A stretch of 64,000 nucleotides of DNA from Phycisphaerales bacterium JB060 (lineage in GTDB: Bacteria; Planctomycetota; Phycisphaerae; Phycisphaerales; UBA1924), in contig JBITAF010000033.1 in the NCBI GenBank assembly GCA_044440025.1, positions 702-64,701 of the forward strand, given 5' to 3'. This document shows positions 1-9,250 of this stretch, piece by piece (within the stretch, counting starts at the first letter, position 1; every line of letters starts with the position of its first letter). Made by a program: the position numbers and the translations under genes. A model generated the notes under the pieces. The model made no database searches, had not been told where the DNA came from, and saw only the letters and a list, made by a program, of their open reading frames with translations.

Positions 1-478
1 CGCTCAGCGCCGACGCCGCGGCATACACCAGGTGCAGCGTGCCCAGCGCCTCGGCGTGCACGATCGCGGTGGGATCGACGATCGCCTCCACGCCCACGCC
101 GTCCGGCCGGTCCAAGCCCAGCATGCCCAGCAGCTGGCGGTGCACGATCGCACGCTGGGGCGCAAAGGTCACGAGCGTGAACGGCGCTCCGGACGACGCG
201 ACCGGCGGCAGCGCGTCGGCTTCGAGCGACGCCCGCAGCCGCGAGACCTCCAGCACCGTGCCCGACGTCACAGAGATCACCTCCAGCGACACACCGCTCA
301 GGACCACCACCTGCCCGGCCTGGGCTTGCGCGTCGGTGAAGGTCGCCGTCGCGGTCGACGCGGTCAGCGTCGTGCCGCTCACGCTGGCCGTGCCAGACGC
401 CAGGCGTCGCCCCGCCCACAGCGCATCGGTGAACGCGTGCGGCTCGATCGCCAGCATCTCCCTGTCGTGTCCAAACAT
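1..478 (-). CDS. Phage-associated hypothetical protein immediately downstream of the capsid gene; 3' end cut by the window edge
   Basis: Absent from the ORF track because it runs off the window. Reverse-strand reading from ATG (CAT at 476-478) gives MFGHDREMLAIEPHAFTDALWAGRRLASG... AAGGAG lies 6 nt upstream. Co-oriented with the capsid gene. Confidence 0.5.
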   Translation of the reverse strand, partial: MFGHDREMLAIEPHAFTDALWAGRRLASGTASVSGTTLTASTATATFTDAQAQAGQVVVLSGVSLEVISVTSGTVLEVSRLRASLEADALPPVASSGAPFTLVTFAPQRAIVHRQLLGMLGLDRPDGVGVEAIVDPTAIVHAEALGTLHLVYAAASALS

Positions 479-526
479 CGCCTGCTCCTTGCGCGCCGGT
501 GCGCGCTGCGTTGTGTTCTGCAAACC

Positions 527-552
527 CGCGGGCCGGTGTTACCCGACCCGCG
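527..552 (-). terminator. GC-rich hairpin between the capsid gene and the next head gene (possible attenuator)
   Basis: CGCGGGCCGG / loop TGTTAC / CCGACCCGCG (9 of 10 bp paired). On the minus strand it is followed by GGTTTG. Only a weak U tract. Confidence 0.3.
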
Positions 553-607
553 AGCCGGCGGCCGCCCCCACACGAAACCGCCGAGCCCTTCGCATGCCCG
601 ATGGGCA

Positions 608-1780
608 CTAGCTGGTGGCCAGCCCGCTAATCAGGCCGTGCGCGTTCTCGTTGCGCATCTCGACCGTGTACTCACCGATGACCTGACCCATGGCCGCGTC
701 GCCCGTGGCCGCCAGCGGCTTGTAGTGGAAGCTGCGGCCTTCAAGCGGCATAACTTCGATGCGGCTGGAATCCAGCAGCAGCAGGCTGTCGGCGGGCATC
801 CATCGCGACACGACCACGCGGCAGACGCCGAAGTCGCTCTCGTACACGCTCACCAGGTCGCTGTAGCGGTCATCGCTGGGGCCGTAGCGGCGCGACGAAG
901 TCAGGAAGGCGTTGATGCGGCGCTTCTGGAGCCCGCCGCACACGATGGTGTCGATCGGCCCCGACGACTGTTCCCACACCTCACGCAGGGCGGCGTTGAG
1001 CACTTCCTCGGTCAGCCCGTCCGAGCCGGCGCCCGAACCACCGGGAATGGACCCCTCGCCCGGCTCAAAAAGATTGGTCTCCAGGCCATGGATCAGGCCG
1101 TTCATCGAGCGGCGGACCGATCCCGAGCCCTGGGGTGTGCTGGTGGGCGCCACGCCGTTGATGATGCAGTTCTCCAAGTCGCGCAGCAGTTCGCGCATTC
1201 GCTCCTGCTTCTGGTAGTCCAGCTCGTCGGCGATGCCGTGTGCGCGCACGGCCTGCATCGAGCCGGAGACTTCCACCGCCGCGGTGAAGATCTGCGTGTA
1301 GTTGCTCTTGCGCACGCGGTTGGTGAAGCGGGCGTCGGGGGCCTCGGCGCCTTCGAGTGCCGCGTTGCCCAGGATGGTCAGCACCATCCCCTCTGCCACG
1401 GCGATCGCGTCGGTGCTGCCGTAGCTGCGCACCACTGTCAGCGTGTCGCTGGCGATGCCGGTGACCAGCATGACCTCGGGGCCCTCGCCGGGGCGGACCA
1501 GGTCTCCCACGCGGAAGCGCGAGCCGTCGTCGACGGTGATGGTGGTGTCGGTCAGGGCGGTGGGCGTGAACGACTGGGCGGCCACTACACCGGTATTGGG
1601 CAGCAACTCGTCCTCGATCCACTCGTGCACGGTGCTGGCGGCCGCGCGCCGGGCGTCGCCCAGGTGGTCCAGCAGCGGGGTTTCGAAGGGGCTGACGATG
1701 CCGATGATGTCCGAGACGTCCTCGACCAGTTCGGGCAGCGTGCTGCCGGCCGAGAAGGTTGCCTTTCCAGTGAATGCCAT
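608..1780 (-). CDS. Phage major capsid protein (HK97-fold, SU10/DUF5309-like)
   Basis: 390 aa ORF. N-terminal region MAFTGKATF...IVSPFETPLLDHLG matches the ISPxETPf signature I recall for this capsid family. AAGGAG RBS upstream. Follows the scaffold and portal genes. Confidence 0.8.
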   Translation of the reverse strand: MAFTGKATFSAGSTLPELVEDVSDIIGIVSPFETPLLDHLGDARRAAASTVHEWIEDELLPNTGVVAAQSFTPTALTDTTITVDDGSRFRVGDLVRPGEGPEVMLVTGIASDTLTVVRSYGSTDAIAVAEGMVLTILGNAALEGAEAPDARFTNRVRKSNYTQIFTAAVEVSGSMQAVRAHGIADELDYQKQERMRELLRDLENCIINGVAPTSTPQGSGSVRRSMNGLIHGLETNLFEPGEGSIPGGSGAGSDGLTEEVLNAALREVWEQSSGPIDTIVCGGLQKRRINAFLTSSRRYGPSDDRYSDLVSVYESDFGVCRVVVSRWMPADSLLLLDSSRIEVMPLEGRSFHYKPLAATGDAAMGQVIGEYTVEMRNENAHGLISGLATS

Positions 1781-1841
1781 GCGAGACTCCTTTGATCAGT
1801 TTCGTGGCGTGCGAGTCGTGAGCGGGGGCATGGGCGTGGTG

Positions 1842-2318
1842 CTACTGCCCGCGTCGCAGGCGGAGGTACTTCATGAGGGCGCGCCTGTCGCCGGTGGCAC
1901 GTGCGTCGTCGTGCGCACGGTCGACCCCCGCGCGACCCGGCGCGCCCTGGGAGGGATGGCTCGGGCTCATCGCCGAAGCACGCATCGAGCTGGCCCGGAA
2001 GAGTGCCGGCCGCTCGCGCTGGAGTTGGGCGATCACGCGGCTGGGCGTGGCGTCCTGGTCGCGCTCCAGCCGGCTCTCGACCAGCAGCGCCAGCGATTCG
2101 GTGTCGATGGCGCCCGCCTGGGCCAGGCCTCGCTCGATGGTGCCGCGGCGTTCGAGCCGGGCGGACTGCTGACGCAGGTCCTCGAGCTGGGCGTCTCGGG
2201 CGCGGAGCTGGTCGGCCAGGTCGCTGGCCATCTGCGTGCGCTCGGCGAGTGCCTCGCGAAGGTCGTTGTCGGTGCCGTCGTTGACATCGGCATTGGTGTC
2301 GGGCGTGTTCTCAGGCAT
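1842..2318 (-). CDS. Phage scaffolding-like protein (acidic, coiled-coil)
   Basis: 158 aa with Glu/Arg/Leu/Gln-rich helical repeats (LADQLRARDAQLEDLRQQSARLE). Sits between portal and capsid. Its start overlaps the portal stop (ATGCCTGA). GGAGAA RBS. Confidence 0.6.
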   Translation of the reverse strand: MPENTPDTNADVNDGTDNDLREALAERTQMASDLADQLRARDAQLEDLRQQSARLERRGTIERGLAQAGAIDTESLALLVESRLERDQDATPSRVIAQLQRERPALFRASSMRASAMSPSHPSQGAPGRAGVDRAHDDARATGDRRALMKYLRLRRGQ

Positions 2319-3786
2319 TGGTGTTCTCCGTATTGGGTGCGGGCTGGGCGTAGCCGAGCTCGGCCATCACGCGCTCGGGGTCGATGCCCAGGTCGGTCTT
2401 GCGGCGGGCGTTCACCAGCCGGTCTTCCTGATCCAGGTCGATGGCGTCGGGCCAGTGCACTGTGACCTTGCGGTCCTGGGGCTCGGTGGCCAGGGTTCCC
2501 GCGCGGTCGAGGGCTTCGAGGATGAGGGCGATCATCCGCGCCACGCCGGCCCAGTAGCCCACGCGCTTGCGGCGCGTCTTGCTCAGCAGGCCCAGCATGG
2601 TCACCCGCAGCGCGTTGCCGCTGGAAAGATTGCCGATCTTGGCGCGAACGACACCGGCGGCGATGGGTGGCACGCCCGAGGTCTTGTCCATGGCCTCGCG
2701 GATGTCCTCGACGTGCAGCGTCTCGCTGGGCGAATCGGCATCGCCGCCGAAGGCCGTGACCTGGGCGTCGGGGTTGTCGGTGCTCAGCACGCGGCCGGGG
2801 CCGATGCGGACCTGGCCGAAGCCCTCGATGCCCTTGGCCAGGTACATCTTGAAGCTCTGCATGGTCACGCGGGCGGCGCGGTCGCTCAGGCGCGTGTTCA
2901 GTTCGTCCTGCAGTGGCACGAGCGGCTCGACCTCGCCCACGCCGGCGTAGCACAGCGGCTGGGGAATGTTCTGGATGTGCACAATCGGCACGCGGCCCGG
3001 CGAGGCGCGGTTGGGTCCTTCGGCGACCAGCTCGCCGTCGACGTAGACCTGTCGCCATGCGCCGCTGAGCAGTTCGGTGACGCGCTGGGTCTCCAGCGTG
3101 GCGGTTCGGCTGTTGGCGTGGCGGTCGTGCTCGTCGGTCTGCGAGGTGCGCCGGGTGAAGTCGATGGCGTAGGCCTCGAGGCGGCGATAGTCGCCCGCAT
3201 CGACGATGGGCACGCCGCGGGTGGGGTCGATGGCCTCGACGCGGATGGCCTCGGCGAGCACCTCGCCGGGGAGTTCAAGGAGCGAGTCCAGGTCTGGGGC
3301 GAGCGCTGTCAGACGCTCGATGTCGCAGCGGAGCAGCAGGTCGACGTGGCCGTAGACGTGGCCCAGGAGCAGTGCGTCGTGCAGCAGCGCGAGCCCACCC
3401 GAGGCTTCCCACACCGCGTCGAGGGCCGATTCGATGTTGCGTCGCTCTTCGGCCTTGCCGGCATTGCTGAGCAGCACGAGCGGCTCGGGCAGCATGAAGT
3501 CGACCATGGTGTGGATGCGCCAGGCGATGTCGTTCTCGATGACGACCTCGCTGGCGGCGGCGTCGACCATGCGGTCTTCCGACCACGGATCCCACGCGCC
3601 GCGGAGGCGGGGTGGTAGGCCGGCGGCTTGCGGGAGTTCGCCTCCGGGGCGGGTTGGCTCGTTTCGGAAGTAGCCCCAGAGCCAGCGCAGCCGCGGCGCG
3701 ACGTCGCGCTCGTGCTCGGCCAGGATGATCTCGAGGGCCTGCGGCGACAGGGTGGTGTCGGTGAAGGGTGCGAGATTGAACGCCAC
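2311..3786 (-). CDS. Phage portal protein (SPP1 Gp6-like)
   Basis: Size and pattern fit a portal (VIENDIAWRIHTMVDFM, PLVPLQDELNTRLSDRA, GNALRVTMLGLLSKTRRKR). I place the start at GTG 3786, 5 nt after AAGGGAGG, rather than at the track start 3846. Confidence 0.8.
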   Translation of the reverse strand: MAFNLAPFTDTTLSPQALEIILAEHERDVAPRLRWLWGYFRNEPTRPGGELPQAAGLPPRLRGAWDPWSEDRMVDAAASEVVIENDIAWRIHTMVDFMLPEPLVLLSNAGKAEERRNIESALDAVWEASGGLALLHDALLLGHVYGHVDLLLRCDIERLTALAPDLDSLLELPGEVLAEAIRVEAIDPTRGVPIVDAGDYRRLEAYAIDFTRRTSQTDEHDRHANSRTATLETQRVTELLSGAWRQVYVDGELVAEGPNRASPGRVPIVHIQNIPQPLCYAGVGEVEPLVPLQDELNTRLSDRAARVTMQSFKMYLAKGIEGFGQVRIGPGRVLSTDNPDAQVTAFGGDADSPSETLHVEDIREAMDKTSGVPPIAAGVVRAKIGNLSSGNALRVTMLGLLSKTRRKRVGYWAGVARMIALILEALDRAGTLATEPQDRKVTVHWPDAIDLDQEDRLVNARRKTDLGIDPERVMAELGYAQPAPNTENTNA

Positions 3787-4008
3787 GGTGACCTCCCTTG
3801 GACAAGGGCGTTGGGTGGTGGCCCCGTGAACTCGGGGGGCCTTCACCCAACAGGCGGTCGGACGGATGGCGGCGCGCCGGGGCGGTTGTCAGAACGGCCC
3901 ATCGTGCGGGTTCGGCCCGGAAAATACCGGGCTCTGATGGATTTCGATTCTGGGCGTTCGCGGCCGGTCATCGTGCCATGCGGTGCGCACGGCCGCGGCG
4001 ATGTGGCC

Positions 4009-4938
4009 TCAGTGCTTGGGAATCAGGTTAACCTGGTCTTCATCCTCGGCCGCCTCTCGCTGGGCGGTGGCGACGGTTTCGAACTCGAGGGTAGTGTGGA
4101 GGATGTTCCAGTTGGCCCGGCAGCGCTGGCGGATGGCGTGCTTGATGGGCTCGATGTCGGCCAGCTTCGTGCGATCGGTGACGACATGGGCCTCGAGGAG
4201 GATGGTCTGGGGGTCGAGCGCCCAGATGTGGAGGTGATGGATGTCCTGCACGTAGTCGATGGTGGCCAGATCGTCGGCGACGGCCCGCAGGTCGAGCTCG
4301 TGCGGCACGCCCTGCATGAGGATGCGCGTGGTGTGGCCCGACATCTTAAAGGCCTGCACGACCATGTAGGCGGCGATCATGAAGGCGATCATGGGGTCGA
4401 CCCAGAACCAATCGAAGAAGTAGACCAGCGCGCCGGCCAGGATGGCGCCCACGCTGCTGGCGGCATCGGCCAGCTTGTGGATCATCGCGGCGCGCGTGCC
4501 CAGGCTTTCGCCGGCGAGCTTGGCCGTCAGCCAGGCACTTACCAGGTCGATGACCAGCGCGATGCCGGCGACGATCATGATGACCAGGCCGATGACCGGC
4601 TCTGGGTTGAGCAGCCGCTGGATGCCCTCGAGGATGAGGAAGCCCGCGGTGACGACGAGCAGGATGAGGTTCGCCTGGGCCCCGACGATGTCGGCTCGCT
4701 TGTAGCCGAAGGTATTGCGCTCGTCGGCGGGCTTCTTGGCGATGCGGCGGCCCACCAGGGCGACCACCAGCGAGCCGGCGTCGGCGAGGTTATGTAGGCC
4801 GTCGGCGATAAGTGCGAGGCTGCCCGAGAAGACGCCGGCGATGATCTCGACGACGGTGAGCAGCACGTTGATGACGACCGCCCAGATGAGGGGGCCGTCG
4901 CCCATCTGTTCGATTTCGTGGTGATGGTCGTGGGACAT
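4009..4938 (-). CDS. Cation diffusion facilitator family metal efflux transporter (CzcD-like)
   Basis: His-rich start MSHDHHHE, six TM segments, the HNLADA and HKLADA motifs, and the C-terminal domain IHHLHIW. Start chosen at the internal ATG (CAT 4936-4938). Confidence 0.9.
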   Translation of the reverse strand: MSHDHHHEIEQMGDGPLIWAVVINVLLTVVEIIAGVFSGSLALIADGLHNLADAGSLVVALVGRRIAKKPADERNTFGYKRADIVGAQANLILLVVTAGFLILEGIQRLLNPEPVIGLVIMIVAGIALVIDLVSAWLTAKLAGESLGTRAAMIHKLADAASSVGAILAGALVYFFDWFWVDPMIAFMIAAYMVVQAFKMSGHTTRILMQGVPHELDLRAVADDLATIDYVQDIHHLHIWALDPQTILLEAHVVTDRTKLADIEPIKHAIRQRCRANWNILHTTLEFETVATAQREAAEDEDQVNLIPKH

Positions 4939-4961
4939 GGCGCCCGCCCGTGGGTGGGAGC

Positions 4962-5228
4962 TCAGCCCGTCGTTTCGGCCTTGGGCTCTTCGAGGATTTC
5001 GACGGCCGAGAAGCGGTCGAGGTTGAGGACCACGAGTTCGCCGTCCTTCTTTCGGAGTTCGACGCGGTCGATCCAGACCTTGTTGTCTCGGGTGTGGGCG
5101 AACCACGAGCCGGACTTTTCCTGCCCGACGCGGACGACGACGCCCTCGACGGTGGAGACCATCGTGCCGCTCAGGCGGGGGAACTGCTGGGTAATACGCA
5201 CCTTGGCGCCGGGGGTGAGGTTCTCCAT
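4962..5228 (-). CDS. Small conserved hypothetical protein (88 aa)
   Basis: C-terminal part of track ORF 4962..5813, starting MENLTPGAKVRITQQF. Plausible globular composition. Divergent from der. No clear RBS. Confidence 0.5.
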   Translation of the reverse strand: MENLTPGAKVRITQQFPRLSGTMVSTVEGVVVRVGQEKSGSWFAHTRDNKVWIDRVELRKKDGELVVLNLDRFSAVEILEEPKAETTG

Positions 5229-5312
5229 AGCGGGCGATGGTAGGGGGTGATCGGCGGCCGGGGTGGCCGCTGGGGCGGGGGGTGGCCGGTTGGCCGGGAT
5301 ACGATTGGGCCT

Positions 5313-7001
5313 ATGCCTATACCACGGATCGCGATTGTGGGCCGGCCCAACGTGGGCAAGAGCTCGCTGATGAACATGCTGGCCAGCTCGAAGGTGTCGA
5401 TCGTCGACGACATGCCGGGGGTGACGCGCGATCGCGTGACGAAGATCATCGATCTGGAGCACAGCGAGGGGAAGCCCGAGCGGCCCGTCGAACTGACCGA
5501 CACGGGGGGTTATGGGGTCTACGTGGCCGAAGGCGGCCGGTATGACGAGGTGGGGGCCGACCTGTCGACCCTGACCGACGACGTGGAGGGGCAGATCGAG
5601 GCGGCGGTGGCCAATGCCGACCTGATTTTGTTCTGCGTGGACGTGCAGGCCGGGCTGACGCCGCGGGACGAGGAGATCGCCCGGCTGCTGCGAGAACAGA
5701 AGCTGGGTCGGAAGGACCGTGCCCACCTGGCGACGCTGGACCCGAGCCTGGGCAAGCGGGCCCCGGTGCACGTGGTGGCGACGAAGGTGGACGGGCCCAA
5801 GTGGGAGACCCACGCCTACGAGATGAGCGCCCTGGGCTTCGGCGAGCCACTGATGTGCAGCGCCAAGAACAACTACATGCGGCGCGACCTGAGCGACCGG
5901 CTATATGAACTCTTGCCGGCCGAAGACGAGACGGCCAGCACGCCTCCGGCGGACCTGTCCATCGCGGTCATCGGCAAGCGTAACGCGGGCAAGAGCACGC
6001 TGGTGAACGCCCTGGCGGGGGCCGAGAGGGTGATCGTGTCGGAGATTGCCGGCACGACGCGTGACGCGATCGACGTGCTGGTCGAGAAGGACGGCAAGCG
6101 GATCATTGTGATCGACACGGCGGGCATGCGGCGGAAGAAGAGCTTCCAGGGGCGCGTGGAGTGGTTCGCCTATGACCGCGTGCAGCGGGCGGTGGACCGC
6201 GCCGACGTGGTGCTGCTGATGGTCGACGCCACCGAGCCGACCAGCCAGGTGGATCAGCAGTTGGCGATGCTGTGCCAGAACGCGTTCAAGCCGACGATCA
6301 TCGGCGTGAACAAGTGGGACCTGGCCGAGGGACAGACCGACGACAAGGGGCGGCCCGTGACGCCCGAGCGGTACGAGAAGTACGTGCGCGAGGGCTTCAA
6401 GGGACTGCCGTTTGCGCCCATCGCGCTCTTGAGCGCCAAGGAGGGGCTGAACGTCGGCGGCGTGCTCGACCTGGCGTTCGACCTCAAGAAGCAGGCCCAC
6501 GAGCGGGTGTCGACGGGGGCGCTCAATCGCTTGGTGCGGAGTATTTTGGAAAAGCGCGGGCCCAGCAACAAGCTTGGTACGCTGGCGCGGGTGTTCTACG
6601 TGGCGCAGGTGGGCACGGCTCCGCCGACGATCGCGATGGTGGTGAACGAGCCCAAGCTCTTCACGCCCAACTACATGCGCTACCTGATGAATCGACTGCG
6701 CGAGCAGGCGCCGTTCGACGAGGTTCCCTTCCGCGTGTTCGTGCGCAGCCGCAAGCAGTTCGACAAGCGTCGCGAGCAGGCCGAGCGGCGCGACCAGAAG
6801 GGCATGATCGACACGAGCGCGTTCGATCGCGGCGAGGACCTTGAACTGACGCCCGAGGAGATCGAGATCCTGTTCCGCATTCCCGGTGAGGGCGACGAGG
6901 GAGAGACATTCGTCGATGAGGACGGCATCGGTGGCGAGGTGTTCGACGACGCCGAGGTATTCGTTTTCGGTGACGAGGAGGAAGAGGATAACCGCCGATA
7001 A
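5313..7001 (+). CDS. der: Ribosome-associated GTPase Der/EngA with a long acidic C-terminal tail
   Basis: Two G domains (IAIVGRPNVGKSS, DTGG; IAVIGKRNAGKST, DTAG, NKWD) plus a KH-like domain. Start at ATG 5313 (MPIPRIAIVG). Confidence 0.95.
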   Translation: MPIPRIAIVGRPNVGKSSLMNMLASSKVSIVDDMPGVTRDRVTKIIDLEHSEGKPERPVELTDTGGYGVYVAEGGRYDEVGADLSTLTDDVEGQIEAAVANADLILFCVDVQAGLTPRDEEIARLLREQKLGRKDRAHLATLDPSLGKRAPVHVVATKVDGPKWETHAYEMSALGFGEPLMCSAKNNYMRRDLSDRLYELLPAEDETASTPPADLSIAVIGKRNAGKSTLVNALAGAERVIVSEIAGTTRDAIDVLVEKDGKRIIVIDTAGMRRKKSFQGRVEWFAYDRVQRAVDRADVVLLMVDATEPTSQVDQQLAMLCQNAFKPTIIGVNKWDLAEGQTDDKGRPVTPERYEKYVREGFKGLPFAPIALLSAKEGLNVGGVLDLAFDLKKQAHERVSTGALNRLVRSILEKRGPSNKLGTLARVFYVAQVGTAPPTIAMVVNEPKLFTPNYMRYLMNRLREQAPFDEVPFRVFVRSRKQFDKRREQAERRDQKGMIDTSAFDRGEDLELTPEEIEILFRIPGEGDEGETFVDEDGIGGEVFDDAEVFVFGDEEEEDNRR

Positions 7002-7049
7002 GGGCGAACTGTCCGAGAATCGCGCCCGAAGCATGGCCGTACGAAAGAA

Positions 7050-7094
7050 GGCGTGGCCAGGGGCCGGGGGATGAGTCCGGTCGCTGGCCACGCC
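7050..7094 (+). terminator. Stem-loop downstream of der
   Basis: GGCGTGGCCAG ... CTGGCCACGCC gives an 11-bp stem with a 23-nt loop. No T tract. Confidence 0.35.
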
Positions 7095-7268
7095 TGGTGT
7101 GGCGAACCTGGTGAACGCGGGTTTGAGCGTTAGGTCATGTTAAACCCTGCCAAGCTCGCTCCCTCTCCTTCACACTTCTATTCGATAAACCACTGTGCCG
7201 GTTCCATTGTTCGGAGCAATCGCTAACATTTTGGACTTCTGTTCGGCGTGGTTTCGTGCGAACGTGTG

Positions 7269-8156
7269 TTAGCAGCCCGTGGCGAAGGCGTTCTGGAAGG
7301 TCAAGAAGTCGAAGATGGTGAGCCGGCCGTCGCCGTCCAGGTCGGCCCGGCGATCGCCGGCGTCGAAGGCGTTCTGAAAAGCCAGGAAGTCGAAGATGTC
7401 CAGCACGCTGTTGCCGTCGAAATCGGCGATGCATTGCATGGCGCCAAGGCCTTGCGGTGCATCGGCGGTGCTGGCACGGAGCGACATGGCGCCGGTGGCG
7501 ATGTCGATCTCCCAGAGCCGGCGGCCGTTCTCGGTCATGACCAGATCGCCGCCGGCCTCAAAGGCGATGCTGCCCGGCGCGCTGCCTGCGATGCCCATGC
7601 TCAGCCCGACGGTGGCGACCACCGCGCCTGAACTGGCGTCGATCTTCAGCAGGTCGGGAATCGTGCCCGGTCCGCTCGAGGTGATGCCGTAGAAAAAGCC
7701 GTCGCGGCGGTTGTAGTCCAGGCCGAAGAGCCGCGGGAGAGCTGGGCCGCCGAGCGAAGTGGTCATTCCGGTCGTGGTGCTGACGATCGCCAGCGAGCTA
7801 TCGGGTGCGATGCCAAAGAGCTGGCCACCGGGCCCGAAGCTGATCGATGCGAACACGTTCCCGCCGATGTGTACGGCCAGGCCCGTGGCGGGATCGACGC
7901 GGCTGAGCCCCTCGTCGCCCGCGGGGCTGTTGTTGATGACGAAGATGTCGCCCCTGCCATTCACGGCCATGCTGATCGGCGTGGTGTAGCGCGCGGGGTC
8001 TGGGTTCAGAGGGCCGATGGTGGTGACCGTGGCGCCGGTGGCGGTGTCGAAGATGTACAGGCTGTCGGTGCTGGAATCGACGGCGTACATGCGGTCGGCT
8101 GAGGCTGTGGTGGCCAGTCCGGCCAGGGTCAGGATGGTCAGCGAGGTGCGAAGCAT
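7269..8156 (-). CDS. Secreted beta-propeller-like protein with a C-terminal GC-type dockerin domain
   Basis: Signal peptide MLRTSLTILTLAGLATTASA. Two EF-hand-like repeats (DFDGNSVLDIFDFLAFQNAFDAG and DLDGDGRLTIFDFLTFQNAFATGC), ending in Gly-Cys. Confidence 0.85.
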   Translation of the reverse strand: MLRTSLTILTLAGLATTASADRMYAVDSSTDSLYIFDTATGATVTTIGPLNPDPARYTTPISMAVNGRGDIFVINNSPAGDEGLSRVDPATGLAVHIGGNVFASISFGPGGQLFGIAPDSSLAIVSTTTGMTTSLGGPALPRLFGLDYNRRDGFFYGITSSGPGTIPDLLKIDASSGAVVATVGLSMGIAGSAPGSIAFEAGGDLVMTENGRRLWEIDIATGAMSLRASTADAPQGLGAMQCIADFDGNSVLDIFDFLAFQNAFDAGDRRADLDGDGRLTIFDFLTFQNAFATGC

Positions 8157-8233
8157 GGTCTATCTCCTTGCGATCTGGTTCCCGGGGACGAAAAAGTGCG
8201 TCCCGGTAGGAAACCAAGCGGCAAGGGATCGGT

Positions 8234-9127
8234 TCAGTCACGCGAATCTGTCGGAAGATCGCCAGGGTAGCGGATCCACTCCAAGCATAAGCCCATGGGC
8301 CCGGCGGTTGGGCCGGCGCGGCGCCGGTCGGTGCTGGCCAGGATGGCGGGGATGTCGGTGGGCTGCATCCGCCCCCGCCCCACCTCGTGCAGCGTACCAG
8401 CGATGATGCGCACCATGTTGTAGAGGAAGCCGCTGCCCGTGGCGGTGATGCGCACGCGGTGCTCGGCGGCGCGTTCGACGGTCAGTTCGTAGATGGTGCG
8501 CACGGTGGTCTGGCGATCGTGGTGGATCTGGGTAAAGGCGGCGAAGTCGTGCTCGCCCACGAGGTGTGCCGCGGCCATGGCCATGCGTTCAGCGTCGAGT
8601 TCGTGGTGGGTGTGGGTGACGTACCGGCGGTCGAACAGGGGGCGGCGGTGGTGGTCGTGGAAGGTGTATGTATAGGCCTTACGCTGGGCGTCGCCGATGG
8701 GGTTGAAGGCGTCGTGGGTCGGCTGGGCGTGGGTGACGAGAACGTCGTCGGGCAGACGGCCGTTGACGGCCCGGATGAGTGATTCCACGCCTCGCTCGAT
8801 CGGCCAGCCTCCGCCGTGACGGGCCGGGTCGGCGCCGTCGGTGCAAGTGAAGGCCGCGGTCTGCCCCCGCGCGTGGACGCCCGCGTCGGTGCGGCTGGCG
8901 CCGGTGAGATTGATGGGCTCGCGGACGACCTGGCGGACGGCCTGCTCGACGACCGCCTGGACCGTGCGCAGGGCGACGCGGCCCGGCGGGGCTGGCAGTG
9001 ATGGGTCGGCCAGGCGGACCGAGCCGGTGGAAGGGGGTTGGTTGGGATCCGGGGCGGGTGGTTCCTGCTTCTGCCAGCCGCAGAAGTCGGTGCCGTCATA
9101 GGCGATGGTGAGGCGGTAGGTGGGCAC
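8234..9127 (-). CDS. truA: tRNA pseudouridine(38-40) synthase TruA
   Basis: YRLTIAYDGTDFCGWQKQ and the catalytic motif RTDAGVHA. Start set at GTG (CAC 9125-9127). The track ORF extends spuriously to 9727. Confidence 0.85.
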   Translation of the reverse strand: MPTYRLTIAYDGTDFCGWQKQEPPAPDPNQPPSTGSVRLADPSLPAPPGRVALRTVQAVVEQAVRQVVREPINLTGASRTDAGVHARGQTAAFTCTDGADPARHGGGWPIERGVESLIRAVNGRLPDDVLVTHAQPTHDAFNPIGDAQRKAYTYTFHDHHRRPLFDRRYVTHTHHELDAERMAMAAAHLVGEHDFAAFTQIHHDRQTTVRTIYELTVERAAEHRVRITATGSGFLYNMVRIIAGTLHEVGRGRMQPTDIPAILASTDRRRAGPTAGPMGLCLEWIRYPGDLPTDSRD

Positions 9128-9250
9128 GGCGTGAGGGTATTGGCCCGATGTCGGGTTGGCTGGCAATAGGTTGCCGGGCTGGCCGTTGGGCTGGGCAGAC
9201 CGGCCCGGGGGCGGCCGGCGATCCAGAACGCATGAAGAGGAGGCTTCGCG

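Larger units (their letters stand above)
1..3786 (-). mobile_element. Phage-derived head-morphogenesis module (portal-scaffold-capsid-next gene), left end outside the window
   Basis: Four co-oriented genes with strong RBSs and overlaps. No terminase is adjacent. The right flank is a CDF transporter gene followed by der. Confidence 0.6.

Noticed and set aside
32-1795. 587-aa plus-strand ORF, and similar very long ORFs at 13642-16485, 22999-27444 (1481 aa), 56146-59136 and 60211-61911
   Set aside because: These are Arg/Ala/Gly/Pro-rich shadow ORFs antisense to, or out of frame with, genes that carry clear family motifs (capsid, ppdK, bamA, ccsBA, nrfA). This is typical of very GC-rich DNA.
3787-4008. 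Inverted repeats or IS remnants marking an inversion breakpoint (compared by eye with 54526-55460)
   Set aside because: I found no shared sequence beyond trivial short matches. The inversion idea therefore rests only on gene order and orientation.
7100-7268. AT-richer 170-bp stretch between the convergent der and dockerin genes as a small RNA gene
   Set aside because: I could not recognise any conserved ncRNA signature (tmRNA, RNase P, SRP, 6S) or a stable structure. It is probably 3' UTR or terminator space.
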